Shown: positions 21,883 to 33,223, counted from the first letter of the stretch. The stretch: DNA of 64,000 nt from Bdellovibrionales bacterium (GCA_965262715.1 OZ253553.1:2016001-2080000), one strand, 5' to 3'. Numbers and translations are program-made. The notes: generated by a model not told the origin, from the sequence alone.

Positions 21883-22083
21883 TGGTGGACACTGTCGCAA
21901 CCAATTCGAACCCTTTCAGAAATAGATTTTGAGTTTTGTTGTCAAAGCCGAGAACTCTTTAAATATCAAGAAATTGCCCCAGTAGTTAAAAAATTGATCC
22001 AACTTGGTATGAATGATCGTCAGATTGCCTTACAAGTTGGAGTTGATCCTAAAATGGTAAAGAAAGTAAAGTTATATTTATAG
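21883..22083 (+). pseudogene. Start-less ORF: putative C-terminal HTH segment of the island recombinase
   Basis: Open frame WWTLSQPIRTLSEIDFEF...LIQLGMNDRQIALQVGVDPKMVKKVKLYL* starting exactly at the att core. Confidence 0.65.
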
Positions 22084-22244
22084 CTTATGACACTATGTAT
22101 TATTGAGACGTTTAAACAAGGAGTTACACGATTTAAATTACAATCTCTTTTAAAGTATATCTTTAGACGAAGTCTTTTTACAAGATACCTGATATTTTGA
22201 AATTCAAATATCCAAGCTTAACTAAACACCTTTGGCAAGTCTTT

Positions 22245-24272
22245 TTAAGATGAAATATTGGACATGTTTTTTACTTCAGTAGATATTTTCTTGCATTCAT
22301 CTCCTGTTAGAGTCGTTCCGGATATAAAATCCTCTTTTAAGTGAGAAAGATATTGAGAAAGACTTTGAGTTTTTGTTTGCCCATGTATGCAACGTTTTGT
22401 TGAATAGCTTAAAATACAACAGACCTTAGCTCTTGTTATCCCTACAAAAAGCATCCTTGCACCTTCCCTCTGCAACTTATCATTTACTTTTTGTCTCTCA
22501 TCAGGCAATACTCCATTCTCCAACCCAGGTATAAAAACAATATCACTTGATAGGCCTTTACATCCATGTAAGCTCATAATTTTTACTGCTTCTCTTTCCT
22601 CCATTTTTTCTACTGGTATTTCAAGCCTCTTATAAATGGATTTAATCACTATTTCTCTATTTTTAAAGTTATCGGTTCTTATGTAGTCTTTTAATTCCTG
22701 AAGAGTTGCTTGCTCAGGGATGTCCTTTAGAAATTCACATAAGGATTTTTTATCTTCACTGTCAATAGGGTTTATTAATTTTATAATGTTATCTTTCCTT
22801 ACTTTAATCGTATCGGTATTTTGCCAATCAGCAATTCTTTTTAATTCTTGACGAATTTCTTGAATCACTTTTTTGGCTTTTTTATTGAAAATTTCAAGTG
22901 AACTATCTTCAAAAACTTTTCTAAAATTCAGTGGAGAAGAGATAATTTTATTAACTATATGGTTAATAGTTTGTGGGCCCACTCCATTTTTAATTTTAAG
23001 AATAGATCTAAGTGCAATATAATCATCTTGTCTTTCATAAGGTAGTCCAATTAATCTGATCCAAGCCAGAAGTGTTCGACCGATTTTTGTATCTCGAAAA
23101 TTTTCTTCTTTAAGTAATTCACATCTTATTCCCAGTATATCAAGAAATCCTTTAATCTTAGGAAACTGCACTGGTCTATTCTTTAACAATATAAAAATTG
23201 AATTATAAGACAAACCAGCTTCTTTGAGTTTTTTACATGACTTTGCTATAGCTTCAGCCTCTTTTGTATATCCTCTAAATTTCCAGTATTTGGTTACCCC
23301 ATCTATTTTTGGATTAGAATTTTTGCACATTGAAATATATTCTTTCTTTATTCGTTTTTCACCTCCATATCTTTCAATCAAATCAATAGCAAGTTCTAAA
23401 ATAAAAGGAGGGCACCTAAAGCAATGAGAAAGAAAATATGTTTTTGAAGAAGGGTACTTTTTATCAAAATCTTGTATACCTATAGGTGATGCATGCCGAA
23501 AGCTATAAATACTTTGATCATCATCCCCGGCAACAAAAATTTTAATACCTGACTGAATAATTAATTCAACAAATTTTAAATCCATCGGATTTAGATCTTG
23601 AAACTCGTCAATAATTAAATAAGTAATATTTGTAAAAGATAAAATATTTCTTGAAGAATCTTTTTCAATTTCTTTTACACATGATCTAATTATTTCACCT
23701 GGTAAAATTGCTGCATACAAATTTGTTCTGGATTTATAAAATCTGTCAAAATCTTCTATTTCTTCTTTAGATATAATATTTTCTTCAGGAACAAGCTCGC
23801 TATTTGTTGCCCATATAGACTCATGGTGCTTCCTCATTTCAGCAGCACGTTTTTTATTACAATTTTTTGATATAGAAAATTCCAAATCAAAAATATTTTC
23901 TATTTCCCATTCATCTAATACTAAAGGATCAACTGGAAATTTACTTAATTTCCCTGAAGATTTAAGAATTTTTAAAGCAAGTGAGTGAAGTGTTGAAACA
24001 TTAATATCATCTATATTCATTATACTATTACAATTTTTACAGTATTTATAGATACGTCTCTTTAAATCATTAGCAGATGCACGGGTATAAGATATTACAA
24101 AAATATTTTTAGGTTTAGCTCCCTGGTTTAGCAAATGTGAAACTCTTTGCTCTATAACTTTTGACTTTCCCGTTCCAGGTCCAGCAATCAAGCGAATTAA
24201 CGAAGAGCTATCCTGAGCAGCTTTAGCCTGGTTTTCTTCAGCTTCTTCGCATTCTTGAGGATCAAACCCCAC
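22245..24272 (-). CDS. UvrD/Rep-family SF1 helicase
   Basis: AGPGTGKS, STLHS, IDEFQD, AGDDDQSIYSFR, CFRCP, MSLHGCKGL, FVGITRAK. Confidence 0.93.
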   Translation of the reverse strand: MGFDPQECEEAEENQAKAAQDSSSLIRLIAGPGTGKSKVIEQRVSHLLNQGAKPKNIFVISYTRASANDLKRRIYKYCKNCNSIMNIDDINVSTLHSLALKILKSSGKLSKFPVDPLVLDEWEIENIFDLEFSISKNCNKKRAAEMRKHHESIWATNSELVPEENIISKEEIEDFDRFYKSRTNLYAAILPGEIIRSCVKEIEKDSSRNILSFTNITYLIIDEFQDLNPMDLKFVELIIQSGIKIFVAGDDDQSIYSFRHASPIGIQDFDKKYPSSKTYFLSHCFRCPPFILELAIDLIERYGGEKRIKKEYISMCKNSNPKIDGVTKYWKFRGYTKEAEAIAKSCKKLKEAGLSYNSIFILLKNRPVQFPKIKGFLDILGIRCELLKEENFRDTKIGRTLLAWIRLIGLPYERQDDYIALRSILKIKNGVGPQTINHIVNKIISSPLNFRKVFEDSSLEIFNKKAKKVIQEIRQELKRIADWQNTDTIKVRKDNIIKLINPIDSEDKKSLCEFLKDIPEQATLQELKDYIRTDNFKNREIVIKSIYKRLEIPVEKMEEREAVKIMSLHGCKGLSSDIVFIPGLENGVLPDERQKVNDKLQREGARMLFVGITRAKVCCILSYSTKRCIHGQTKTQSLSQYLSHLKEDFISGTTLTGDECKKISTEVKNMSNISS

Positions 24273-24376
24273 TTTTATTTCTCCTGTTAAATCAGAGTTA
24301 GAAGGTCTATTTTAAAAAAAATATTATTCAATTATAAGAAGTAATTTGTAAGTTACTTCAATATAACTTATAAAAC

Positions 24377-27300
24377 CTATTTTTCAAGTTCTTGTTGAAG
24401 TTTTTCAACTTCTGGGCACCCCATTTGAGCTAATAACTCAAACATTTCTTTAAAAGATTCTTTATTTTTTAAGTCGCCTTTTAGTCTTTTAATAAAGTAT
24501 TTAGCGATCTTTTCAAGTTCATAAAAATCATAAGTTGAGGATTCTCTTTTTCTATCTTTTAAAAGATGTTTAAAAAGTTTTAATGTGAGTTGAGGATATT
24601 TTTGGATTGGATTATATTCTTCGGTATCATGTGTTAGTCTATATGAAATAAGTGAGATATCTACTTCTGAACAATTTTTCCATTGAAGGATCAAATCGAT
24701 AGCCTCTTCATAATCCTGCTTATCAGTTAAAACTAGAGATAATCGTACTAAATTACTTTTTTCTTTGTTGTTTAAAGGTTTCGGTCTTCCGTATGTTCTT
24801 TCTTCCAAGTATTTTTTTATCCATCTTCTCCAAGATTTTGATCTCATTTCTGGTTTTGTATCTTTGAGTTGATTTGAGAGAATATAAGCAAAACTTTCAA
24901 GAGATTTTTCTGAAGCTTCTTGAATAAAATTGAAAAGCCATCCATTATCTAGAGGGGGTTTTTCTGCATATAGAGATAAAGCTGCTATGTAGTCAATAAA
25001 TCTTTCTTGTATTCTATCTTCAAAAACTTGAAGTCGATCAAATAATTTTTCAAATAATGGACGCATTTGAATAAAAAATTCATTAGACCATCTGCATGAA
25101 TAAAGATAACCTTCCCAAAAATGTTGAAATTTTTCATTTTTTTCTATATCAAAATATGGAATAATTTCTTTTTGTACCCACTCTTTTTCTATGGAATATA
25201 AAAAATAGATTTGCTCTGCTATAATGATTTGTCCTAATTCACCTTTATAAGAACTTTCTTTGAGTATAAGCTCTAAATTGTTTTTAATTCTTTGAGGTAT
25301 TTGTCTTTTATTTGATTTTTTTACAATTATAGCAAGTATATGATGCCAAAATTTAGATAATTTTCCTGCTTTACTATTTACAGAGGAAAACATCCAGTCA
25401 ATTTTTGCTTCTTTGTTTTCTTTAGAAAAAATAGATTCTTTTTTTATGATTTCTGCTTCATAACAATCAGTTTTGTCTTCCACTTTCCAAAGCTTTTCTG
25501 CTAAATCCATAGCATGATCTAACTCAGAAAATGGTATAAAATTCTTGTCTTTTTTAATTCCTTCCAAAAGTAGATCTGATGAATAATAAGCAGAATTTTT
25601 AAGAATAAAATGATGATCTGTAAGATAAGATAACACTGTTTGCCACTGTTTCTCATTTAAGTTAGAGTCTGCCCAGCCTTGTAAAATACTACTCCATAAG
25701 TCAGTTGTTTGATGAGATTTGTCAGTCAATAAATTGCAAAGCTTTAAACTCCAATCAAAATTACGAACTATGGCTTTTTGAATACTAGAAAGCAATGACC
25801 ATCTAGCATTAAAACGCTCGTCCCACTTTAGAAGTTTTTCTAAATGTTCTTCTAGATTCATTTGAAGTAAATCATCTACAGAATAAAGTGGCTTTCCAAA
25901 ACCCATCCTTATTGCAGAAGATCCTATTTTATGCCTAAAAGAAAAATCAACAGGCGGTACAAACTGATAATCTAATGATTCATCTTTTAATCTATCGATA
26001 GCATTATCAATTAAATTGCAGTCTGAAGATGATTCTTTTAAAAAGTACAGATATCTAAGGGCTTCAGGTTTGCTCTTAAAAGGCAATGATTTTATAAGAT
26101 TTATAAGTAAGACTTTATCATTCTTATCATTAGTGTTCAAATAAATCTCTTTCATTAATCTACAAAGCTCATGATATAAATAAATATCATTCATTAATTT
26201 ATTTTTTTCAAGCCAAGCAAGCTTTTGTGAAGGTGTATAACATTTTGTTTCTCCCATAGCAAAAACAGCAAATCGTTTAAGCCATATCACATCTAAATCA
26301 ATCCATTTTAAAGCCGTTTCAGTGAGATGTTTTGAATTTAATGATATCCATTCTATAACATCAGAGAAAACATCTAAGATAAAATGAAGTTCTTGATTAT
26401 CTGAAGTGTTTTTGTTATTTTTATGATGTCTTTCAATAGCAGGTCTTTTATTTGAAATTAAATCAGTTACTTTTGAATCTTTTTGGAAGAGATGATAAAA
26501 GTCATGTACTTCTCTGATATATTCTTGTAAAACATAAAACAACTCCTCTCCAAAAATATCTAGTTTATTTTTAAATAATTCATTCCAAATATTTATGATA
26601 TACATCTTATCTTGAATATTTAAAGAAAAAGCTATGTTTATTTTTTGACCTTGAAGAGTATGTATCATGTCTAACTCTTTTTTATCTTTTAATTTCTTTT
26701 TTATTTCTTCGAAATATTCATACATCTCAGATTTCATGATTTTTAACTTAGGTTTTAGCAAAAAAATAAATATCTTAAATGTTATTTTTTGAATATTTAG
26801 ATCTTGTGAGAATTTATATTCATCAAGAATATACAAAAGTAAATCGTTATTATTTCTGTCCGTAGCTTTATCTATCAAAAATGTGATCCAGAATTCTAGA
26901 ATATTGATATTTTCAGTTTTGGAGAAACTTTCATGTTTTTTTCGTATTGTACATGCAAGTTTATCCCAAAATATAGGCTGAATGTTTTGATTGTATTTTT
27001 CAATAATTTCAATTAGATATTTATGATGTTCAGTTATAAATTGATCTGTCAACCAGTCAGCAAGATATTGAGTTGATGAGAATTCCTTTATTTGGGAGTT
27101 TGAGTCAAATATATCCCTTAACAATCCTTTTTCATCTGTCCATTTTATCCACTCAGACTTATTTGCATATTTTATAAAATACTTTACACATTGTTGGTCT
27201 TGAATTCTATTTAAAATGTAGTCAGCTTCTTCTTTATCTATTGGAGGCATTGCAGATGCAATCTCTCTAATTTTTCTTTCATGCTCAAAAATTCCTCTAG

Positions 27301-28072
27301 ATAGATGGTCACTCCATTCTTTGACTCCTAAAATCAATTCTAAGTGATTTTTTTCTCCATTAGGATAAGTGATAGGAGTAAGTCCCAGTCGATTCCAATC
27401 TTTGTTTTTTTCATCTTCATTTTCAGGAATTAGGATAAACCTCGGACCTTTTGGAAGACCTCTTGATAAATAATCCATCAGCACATCATTATAACTATAA
27501 CCGATAAATAAGACTGTATTATGAAGCAGCATATCTTTGACAAACTTAGTAGCCCAGTCATCCAAAAAATAAGCTTGTGAGAAATCTTTATCTGTAAGAA
27601 CTAGACTCTTAAGATCCTTTTTGATCGATCCATGTAGATAAACCAATCCATTAAAACTTTTTCCTAAAGGCAATGCAGGGGCATAATAAGTTTCAGCCTT
27701 TAACTGATGTTTTTCTAAGGCAGATGAAAAATGAGTGTCAAAATTTGTTGTCACCAATCGTACTTTGTCTTTATGAAATAACTGTAAAAGGGAACTATGC
27801 AATCGATTAGATGTTTTTGAGGAAAATATGTCATAAGTAAGTTTTCTAATGTTTATTTCTAAAGCCTCCATTCTTCCCAGAACTTGTTCATAAGGTGGTT
27901 TGACTTGACTTTGAAATGGCGTGTTTTCTGCAAGTCTTTCGGTGAGTTCTTCCAAATCTGGAAGGTTAGAAGGATCTGCCTTTGACACACCTGCACCAGC
28001 AAAAATGACGAGAGAGCCGTCTTGTTGAGCATTTATAAGTTCTATTGGAATATCAATTTCTTTAAACAACAT
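24377..28072 (-). CDS. SIR2-like domain protein with long helical C-terminus (Dsr1/DUF4020-like anti-phage sirtuin)
   Basis: FAGAGVS, VTTNFD, YLHGS, LFIGYSYND; 1231 aa; downstream of R-M genes. Confidence 0.85.
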   Translation of the reverse strand: MLFKEIDIPIELINAQQDGSLVIFAGAGVSKADPSNLPDLEELTERLAENTPFQSQVKPPYEQVLGRMEALEINIRKLTYDIFSSKTSNRLHSSLLQLFHKDKVRLVTTNFDTHFSSALEKHQLKAETYYAPALPLGKSFNGLVYLHGSIKKDLKSLVLTDKDFSQAYFLDDWATKFVKDMLLHNTVLFIGYSYNDVLMDYLSRGLPKGPRFILIPENEDEKNKDWNRLGLTPITYPNGEKNHLELILGVKEWSDHLSRGIFEHERKIREIASAMPPIDKEEADYILNRIQDQQCVKYFIKYANKSEWIKWTDEKGLLRDIFDSNSQIKEFSSTQYLADWLTDQFITEHHKYLIEIIEKYNQNIQPIFWDKLACTIRKKHESFSKTENINILEFWITFLIDKATDRNNNDLLLYILDEYKFSQDLNIQKITFKIFIFLLKPKLKIMKSEMYEYFEEIKKKLKDKKELDMIHTLQGQKINIAFSLNIQDKMYIINIWNELFKNKLDIFGEELFYVLQEYIREVHDFYHLFQKDSKVTDLISNKRPAIERHHKNNKNTSDNQELHFILDVFSDVIEWISLNSKHLTETALKWIDLDVIWLKRFAVFAMGETKCYTPSQKLAWLEKNKLMNDIYLYHELCRLMKEIYLNTNDKNDKVLLINLIKSLPFKSKPEALRYLYFLKESSSDCNLIDNAIDRLKDESLDYQFVPPVDFSFRHKIGSSAIRMGFGKPLYSVDDLLQMNLEEHLEKLLKWDERFNARWSLLSSIQKAIVRNFDWSLKLCNLLTDKSHQTTDLWSSILQGWADSNLNEKQWQTVLSYLTDHHFILKNSAYYSSDLLLEGIKKDKNFIPFSELDHAMDLAEKLWKVEDKTDCYEAEIIKKESIFSKENKEAKIDWMFSSVNSKAGKLSKFWHHILAIIVKKSNKRQIPQRIKNNLELILKESSYKGELGQIIIAEQIYFLYSIEKEWVQKEIIPYFDIEKNEKFQHFWEGYLYSCRWSNEFFIQMRPLFEKLFDRLQVFEDRIQERFIDYIAALSLYAEKPPLDNGWLFNFIQEASEKSLESFAYILSNQLKDTKPEMRSKSWRRWIKKYLEERTYGRPKPLNNKEKSNLVRLSLVLTDKQDYEEAIDLILQWKNCSEVDISLISYRLTHDTEEYNPIQKYPQLTLKLFKHLLKDRKRESSTYDFYELEKIAKYFIKRLKGDLKNKESFKEMFELLAQMGCPEVEKLQQELEK

Positions 28073-28169
28073 ATTATTTTAGTAAATCCACTTGAACTTG
28101 AACTGTTAATAACGACTTTTTATATTAGGTTAATTAGAATTCTTTTAAATTTTTTCATTTTTTTAATCT

Positions 28170-31118
28170 TTAAAATTCAACTTCTTTAAGTGATGTCACA
28201 GTGTCAAAATCTACTCCAATCTCTCCGAAATGTTGGTGGCCACATTCAATTTTTTGCATTTCCTCTGGGCGAAGTTTGTCAAGATTGGTTGTGCTTTTTG
28301 TCTCTCGAACAAAATAAAGCTTTTCCTCTCTTTCAGTCACAAAAGCCCAATCAGGGTTATAAGGGCCTATAGGAGTATCTACTTTAAACCAATGTGGGAG
28401 TTTAACGAAAAGCTTGACATGTTCATTGTTATCAAGGTCTCTTGCAAAACGTTTTTCTATTTCCGATTCAAATTCTATAAAATCATAGAGAGATTTTTCT
28501 TGGTTTTTGATTTCATACAGATTTTTTATATAACCAGTAATTACTTTTTCAGCTTCTTTCTCAATCCTTTGCATTTCCCATAGTTCTTCCTTAATCTTTT
28601 TATACTGAATATTTTCTAACATAAGATATTTCATAGAAAAACTAATTTCATTGGCGACATTTTCCATAAATTGATATGGGTTTCTTAAGAAGTCCTCCAT
28701 TCTTTTAGATCTATGTAAAATTGTAACTAAGGCATGGCGGGTGAGCTGCGTTTTTTCTTGAAGATAGGAAATAATATCAGGTAACCGATCTGGCTTGATT
28801 TCATGATATTTTAATGGTGATGTCGTAGCTATTGTTTCAATACCTGCTAATGTTGGTTCCAAATTAGCCCGAGTTGAAGTGATTCTAATTGGACCAATTT
28901 CATTCATGTTTTTTATTCTGTCTATAGATTTTTTAATCAGTTCTTCTGTGTTGTAAAATACTGTGTAACGAGTTTTTTGACTAATTTTTTCCCAAAGTTG
29001 CTTAAAGTCTTCTCGTAGATAGACTTGTTTTTTAAATTTAACCTTCTCTCTTTTGTGTGCGTTAATAATTCTATCTCTAAAAATATATTTCTTCATTTCT
29101 TCAATTATTTTGTCAGTCAGATCTTCAAACTTTGAATCTATTTTTAAAATAAAATTTTCATTAGACGGGTCAAAAGAGTTTTGTATTTCTCCTGAAGAAC
29201 TTATGTACTTATTCTCTCTTAAGCTTTTCCAGATTTGATCAGACTTGTCTTGATCTATTTCTTTTTCTGTACCTTTTTCATCCCTACGAGTGATCTTAGC
29301 AAAAGTATGTTTTTCAATTATGCCAAATTTCACTCCAAGCTCTTCTTCATATTCACTTTGAAGTGCCCTAGCATATTCTTCATATCCTTCAGAGGCAATA
29401 ACTGTTAGACGATTTAAACTAGTATCATGAAGACGTTCACCTTTTTGGTTAACTGGCAAACGAAGTCCGCGACCAATTTGTTGGCGACGGTCTATTTCAG
29501 AACCAACTTCTCTAAGAGTGCAAACTTGAAAAACATTAGGATTATCCCAACCTTCTCTAAGTGCTGTATGGCTAAATATAAATCTAAGAGGCTGATTGAG
29601 GTCAAGTAAAAGTTCCTTATCTTTCATAATAAGAGAGTAAGTATCTTCATCATCTTTTGTATTTCCTTTCGTATCTTTCGTTCTTCCTTTTTTATCTTTA
29701 GAAAAATAACCATTGTGAATATCTTCTGTTTTAAAAGAAATAATATCTTTATATTCAGGTTTTTGAACAAATGCATTGTAATATTCTTCAAACCATTTTC
29801 CAATTTTTCCAAGACTTGTTGTTCCGTCTTGGTTATAAACCCTGTAATTTGAAACGTGGTCAATGAAGAATAAGGACAGGACTTTGACTCCTTGTCCTTT
29901 TACTGAAGCCTCTTTTTTAAGATGTTGCTCAATAGTCTCTTGCACCATTACTTTCATAACATCTTGATTGTTGCTTCCAATATTTTTTCCAATAGGGAGA
30001 CGTTGTCCTCTACTAAATTCTACATACCCATGTTGCTCTATAATATCAATATTTTTGACTATAAATCCTTGACGATAAGGTAAATGGTTTCCTGATTTAT
30101 GGTAGAGATCATCGTTTTGCTTAACTGCAATTTTATCAGTTTTAATGCCTGTAGCAGTTTTTTTATGGATTTCGAGTATAGCCCTAATACCACTATGTCC
30201 TCTTTTTTTATTTTCTCCATATAAATATTTAACATAAGCACTCGAATAATCTTCCTCTGCATGGATGGATGCAATTTCTATTCTCTTAACCAGTCGTTGG
30301 TCATAAGCCTCAATAGGACCTAGTTTGTAGAGAAGGTTGTAAGGGTTTCTATGAGTTGCACTATAACGTAAAATAACAGCAGGTTTAAGTTTTGTTATAG
30401 CAGCTTGAGATTTTGGAGTATTATCAACACTCTGAGGTTCATCTATGATCACAATTGGGCGAGTAGAGCTTATAAAATCAATAGGACGACCACCCATTCT
30501 ATCATTGTCTCGATAGATAACATTTGATTTCTGTTGATGATCAACTTGACTTTCAAGATCGATTTCTTCATCAGAAATATCCCTTTGAAAGGCTTGGATA
30601 TTCATCACCATAATTTGAATGTCATTGCTATCACGAAAGTTTCTAATATTATTTAAACATTTAGAATCATATAGATAATATTCGAAAGGAATTTTTTCAT
30701 ACTGGTCTTTAAAATGTTCTTTCATAAGACTAATGCTTTTCAAAACTCCTTCTCTAATGGCAATACTTGGAACAACCACAATAAACTTCTTAAAGCCATA
30801 ATGTTTGTTGAGTTCAAATAAAGTCCTAAGATAAACATAAGTTTTCCCAGTTCCTGTTTCCATCTCTATAGAAAAATTTCTTCCTTGCAATGAGTCAACT
30901 TTTGGAATATGATTTTGCTCTTGAATCTTATGTGTATTTGCAAGTAATTGTTCATCACTTAAAACAAAGTTATTGCTAACTCCTTGAAGAAAGCTTCTTT
31001 GCTGTCCTTCGATTTGAAAATTTGTTTGTCCAAAAGGTTGTCCATCAAATAAATTGACTACAGATTTGATAGCAGATTTTTGATATTTTAAGTTGGGATC
31101 AAATTTAAACTTCATCAT
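28170..31118 (-). CDS. res: Type III restriction endonuclease subunit
   Basis: METGTGKT, IDEPQ, RYSATH, LREGWDNPNVF, QQIGRGLRL, YNPDWA...ETK. Confidence 0.95.
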   Translation of the reverse strand: MMKFKFDPNLKYQKSAIKSVVNLFDGQPFGQTNFQIEGQQRSFLQGVSNNFVLSDEQLLANTHKIQEQNHIPKVDSLQGRNFSIEMETGTGKTYVYLRTLFELNKHYGFKKFIVVVPSIAIREGVLKSISLMKEHFKDQYEKIPFEYYLYDSKCLNNIRNFRDSNDIQIMVMNIQAFQRDISDEEIDLESQVDHQQKSNVIYRDNDRMGGRPIDFISSTRPIVIIDEPQSVDNTPKSQAAITKLKPAVILRYSATHRNPYNLLYKLGPIEAYDQRLVKRIEIASIHAEEDYSSAYVKYLYGENKKRGHSGIRAILEIHKKTATGIKTDKIAVKQNDDLYHKSGNHLPYRQGFIVKNIDIIEQHGYVEFSRGQRLPIGKNIGSNNQDVMKVMVQETIEQHLKKEASVKGQGVKVLSLFFIDHVSNYRVYNQDGTTSLGKIGKWFEEYYNAFVQKPEYKDIISFKTEDIHNGYFSKDKKGRTKDTKGNTKDDEDTYSLIMKDKELLLDLNQPLRFIFSHTALREGWDNPNVFQVCTLREVGSEIDRRQQIGRGLRLPVNQKGERLHDTSLNRLTVIASEGYEEYARALQSEYEEELGVKFGIIEKHTFAKITRRDEKGTEKEIDQDKSDQIWKSLRENKYISSSGEIQNSFDPSNENFILKIDSKFEDLTDKIIEEMKKYIFRDRIINAHKREKVKFKKQVYLREDFKQLWEKISQKTRYTVFYNTEELIKKSIDRIKNMNEIGPIRITSTRANLEPTLAGIETIATTSPLKYHEIKPDRLPDIISYLQEKTQLTRHALVTILHRSKRMEDFLRNPYQFMENVANEISFSMKYLMLENIQYKKIKEELWEMQRIEKEAEKVITGYIKNLYEIKNQEKSLYDFIEFESEIEKRFARDLDNNEHVKLFVKLPHWFKVDTPIGPYNPDWAFVTEREEKLYFVRETKSTTNLDKLRPEEMQKIECGHQHFGEIGVDFDTVTSLKEVEF

Positions 31119-31131
31119 AGTTATTAGTTCT

Positions 31132-33135
31132 TTAAACTGTAAAAAAATCTATTGTTGTTTCTTTGTGATGAGCTCTGGTTTTAAAGGTGTGGACAGCATT
31201 TGTTTTTAACTGGTCGTTATTTCTAAATCCTGCATCTAAACAGATTACTCTTTTTGGTGTTGGTTTAGTTTCTGCTAACTTAAGGATAAAATTTTCCGTT
31301 AACTCTCTGTCTAGACAAATAAGTAAAGCTCCTTTTTCTATTGAGTAACCTGTTTTTCCTAAGATGCTTAACTTTTTAATTGGAGTTGTTGGAGATAAAC
31401 CATCTTTAAGTATCAATTCATAAAGAATATCTTCATTTAAAGCTTTAGGATCAATATAATCTATTTGTTCTTCTATTTGTTTTAAGAGCATTTGTTGACT
31501 GATATTAGGATTGCCATCCCATTCTTTAAAACAGGATTTGTCTAATTTAAGTACTTTAAATCCTAAATCGAGATAATTTGAATTTGGACTTTTATCTTCA
31601 AATTTTCTTATAACCCTACGAATACGTTCTTTACCTATATCTGCTATAGTTTTATAGCCTGCTTTAAAGGCTTCTGATTCTTTAAGACAAGGCTCTGGAA
31701 GTTGAATCATTATAAATTTTCGATTAGTTTGATCTTTGTTATTAACTTCTAATACGGCTTGAGCTGTAGTTGCTGAACCTGCAAAAAAATCTAAAATGAT
31801 ATCTTCAGGTTTAATCACAATTGACGATATAAGTATTTTTAATAAGGAGACAGGCTTAGGATAAGAGAATATATTTTTTTTTTCAAATAAAGCTTCAACT
31901 TTAATTCCTCCATCACTTTTTAAGCTTAATATTGTTCTTAGTAAAAGATTTTCAACATCCTTTAAATATCCTATTGAACTGGGTTGAGTATTTTCATCTT
32001 TACCAAACCATATTCCACCGCATTTAAAATCACCATCATGAAGCTCTATACAATTATTATAGTCTAATTCTTCTTTAAACTTGGCCTCACGCCAGCGCCA
32101 TCCCCGATCAGGAACTTTCACTGGTTTTTTAGTTTTAGGGTGTATCACATCAAACTTAGGACCAAATGTATTTGCATTTGGCCAACTCATATTTATCTTT
32201 CCCCATAATTCATATTTGTCATCAAGATTATTATATAATGTTATTCCACGATCAAATTTTCTTTTTTCATATAGTTTTCTTATTTCCTTTTCAGATTCTT
32301 GAATAGATGTTTTGGCTCGCTTTAATTTTAATCTCAATTCATTTAACTCTTCCATCCCATCTTTATCCATTTTAAAAATATGATTTAATGAATAGTTTTT
32401 AACGTATAAGAAGACATACTCATGGATGTTTCCTATACCTTTATCATTTTTAGGAACCCGCTTATTCCAAACAATAGTATCTATAAAATTTTCTTCCCCA
32501 AAAATTTGATCGCACAATTTCTTTAAATTGGCCTGTTCACTATCATCAATACTTATAAAAATAACACCATCTTCACAAAGAAGGTTTTTAGCAAGATAAA
32601 GCCTTGGATACATCATATTGAGCCAACGAGAGTGAAATCTTCCGTTAGTATCGGTATTGGTAGAGAATTTATGTCCATTGCTATCTTTTTGGCCCGTATA
32701 GCGAAGGTAAGTATCCAAACCTTCAGAATATTTATCTGGGTAAATAAATTCTTTCCCCGTATTGTATGGAGGATCAATATAAATCATCTTAACCTTTCCG
32801 AAGTAGGCTTTTTGAAGAAGTTTAAGAACTTCTAGGTTATCTCCTTCAATAAAGAGATTTTCTGTAGTATCCCAGTTGATAGATTCTTCTTTACATGGCT
32901 TGAGAGTGCCTTTAGCAGGAGCTTGAATTATTTTCATGCATTCAGCCTTGCCTGGCCAGTTTAAACCAAATCTCTCTGGTCCAGATTCAACCCATTCTCC
33001 TAAAACCTTTTTAAACTGATCAAAGTCAATATGTTCTTCATTGAATACTTCTGGAAAAAGCTCTTTTAGTTTTTTTCTCTTTTCTTCGGATATATCCATT
33101 GAATTAAAGTTCATTTTTTTAGGTTTATCAGACAT
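31132..33135 (-). CDS. mod: Type III R-M adenine methyltransferase subunit
   Basis: EGDNLEVLK, IYIDPPYNTG, YPKPV, LDFFAGSATT. Confidence 0.95.
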   Translation of the reverse strand: MSDKPKKMNFNSMDISEEKRKKLKELFPEVFNEEHIDFDQFKKVLGEWVESGPERFGLNWPGKAECMKIIQAPAKGTLKPCKEESINWDTTENLFIEGDNLEVLKLLQKAYFGKVKMIYIDPPYNTGKEFIYPDKYSEGLDTYLRYTGQKDSNGHKFSTNTDTNGRFHSRWLNMMYPRLYLAKNLLCEDGVIFISIDDSEQANLKKLCDQIFGEENFIDTIVWNKRVPKNDKGIGNIHEYVFLYVKNYSLNHIFKMDKDGMEELNELRLKLKRAKTSIQESEKEIRKLYEKRKFDRGITLYNNLDDKYELWGKINMSWPNANTFGPKFDVIHPKTKKPVKVPDRGWRWREAKFKEELDYNNCIELHDGDFKCGGIWFGKDENTQPSSIGYLKDVENLLLRTILSLKSDGGIKVEALFEKKNIFSYPKPVSLLKILISSIVIKPEDIILDFFAGSATTAQAVLEVNNKDQTNRKFIMIQLPEPCLKESEAFKAGYKTIADIGKERIRRVIRKFEDKSPNSNYLDLGFKVLKLDKSCFKEWDGNPNISQQMLLKQIEEQIDYIDPKALNEDILYELILKDGLSPTTPIKKLSILGKTGYSIEKGALLICLDRELTENFILKLAETKPTPKRVICLDAGFRNNDQLKTNAVHTFKTRAHHKETTIDFFTV

Positions 33136-33223
33136 ATTATTTTCCTAAGAGATATTGTTTTTTTAAACTATAACATCTGTAAAAAAGTAGACATTGACTT
33201 TTATTCTATGACAATAATAGACA

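Noticed and set aside
21883..21913. Second tRNA gene (GGTTCGAAT...TCCACCA on minus strand)
   Set aside because: Only a 3'-end-like fragment with no cloverleaf; interpreted as an att site
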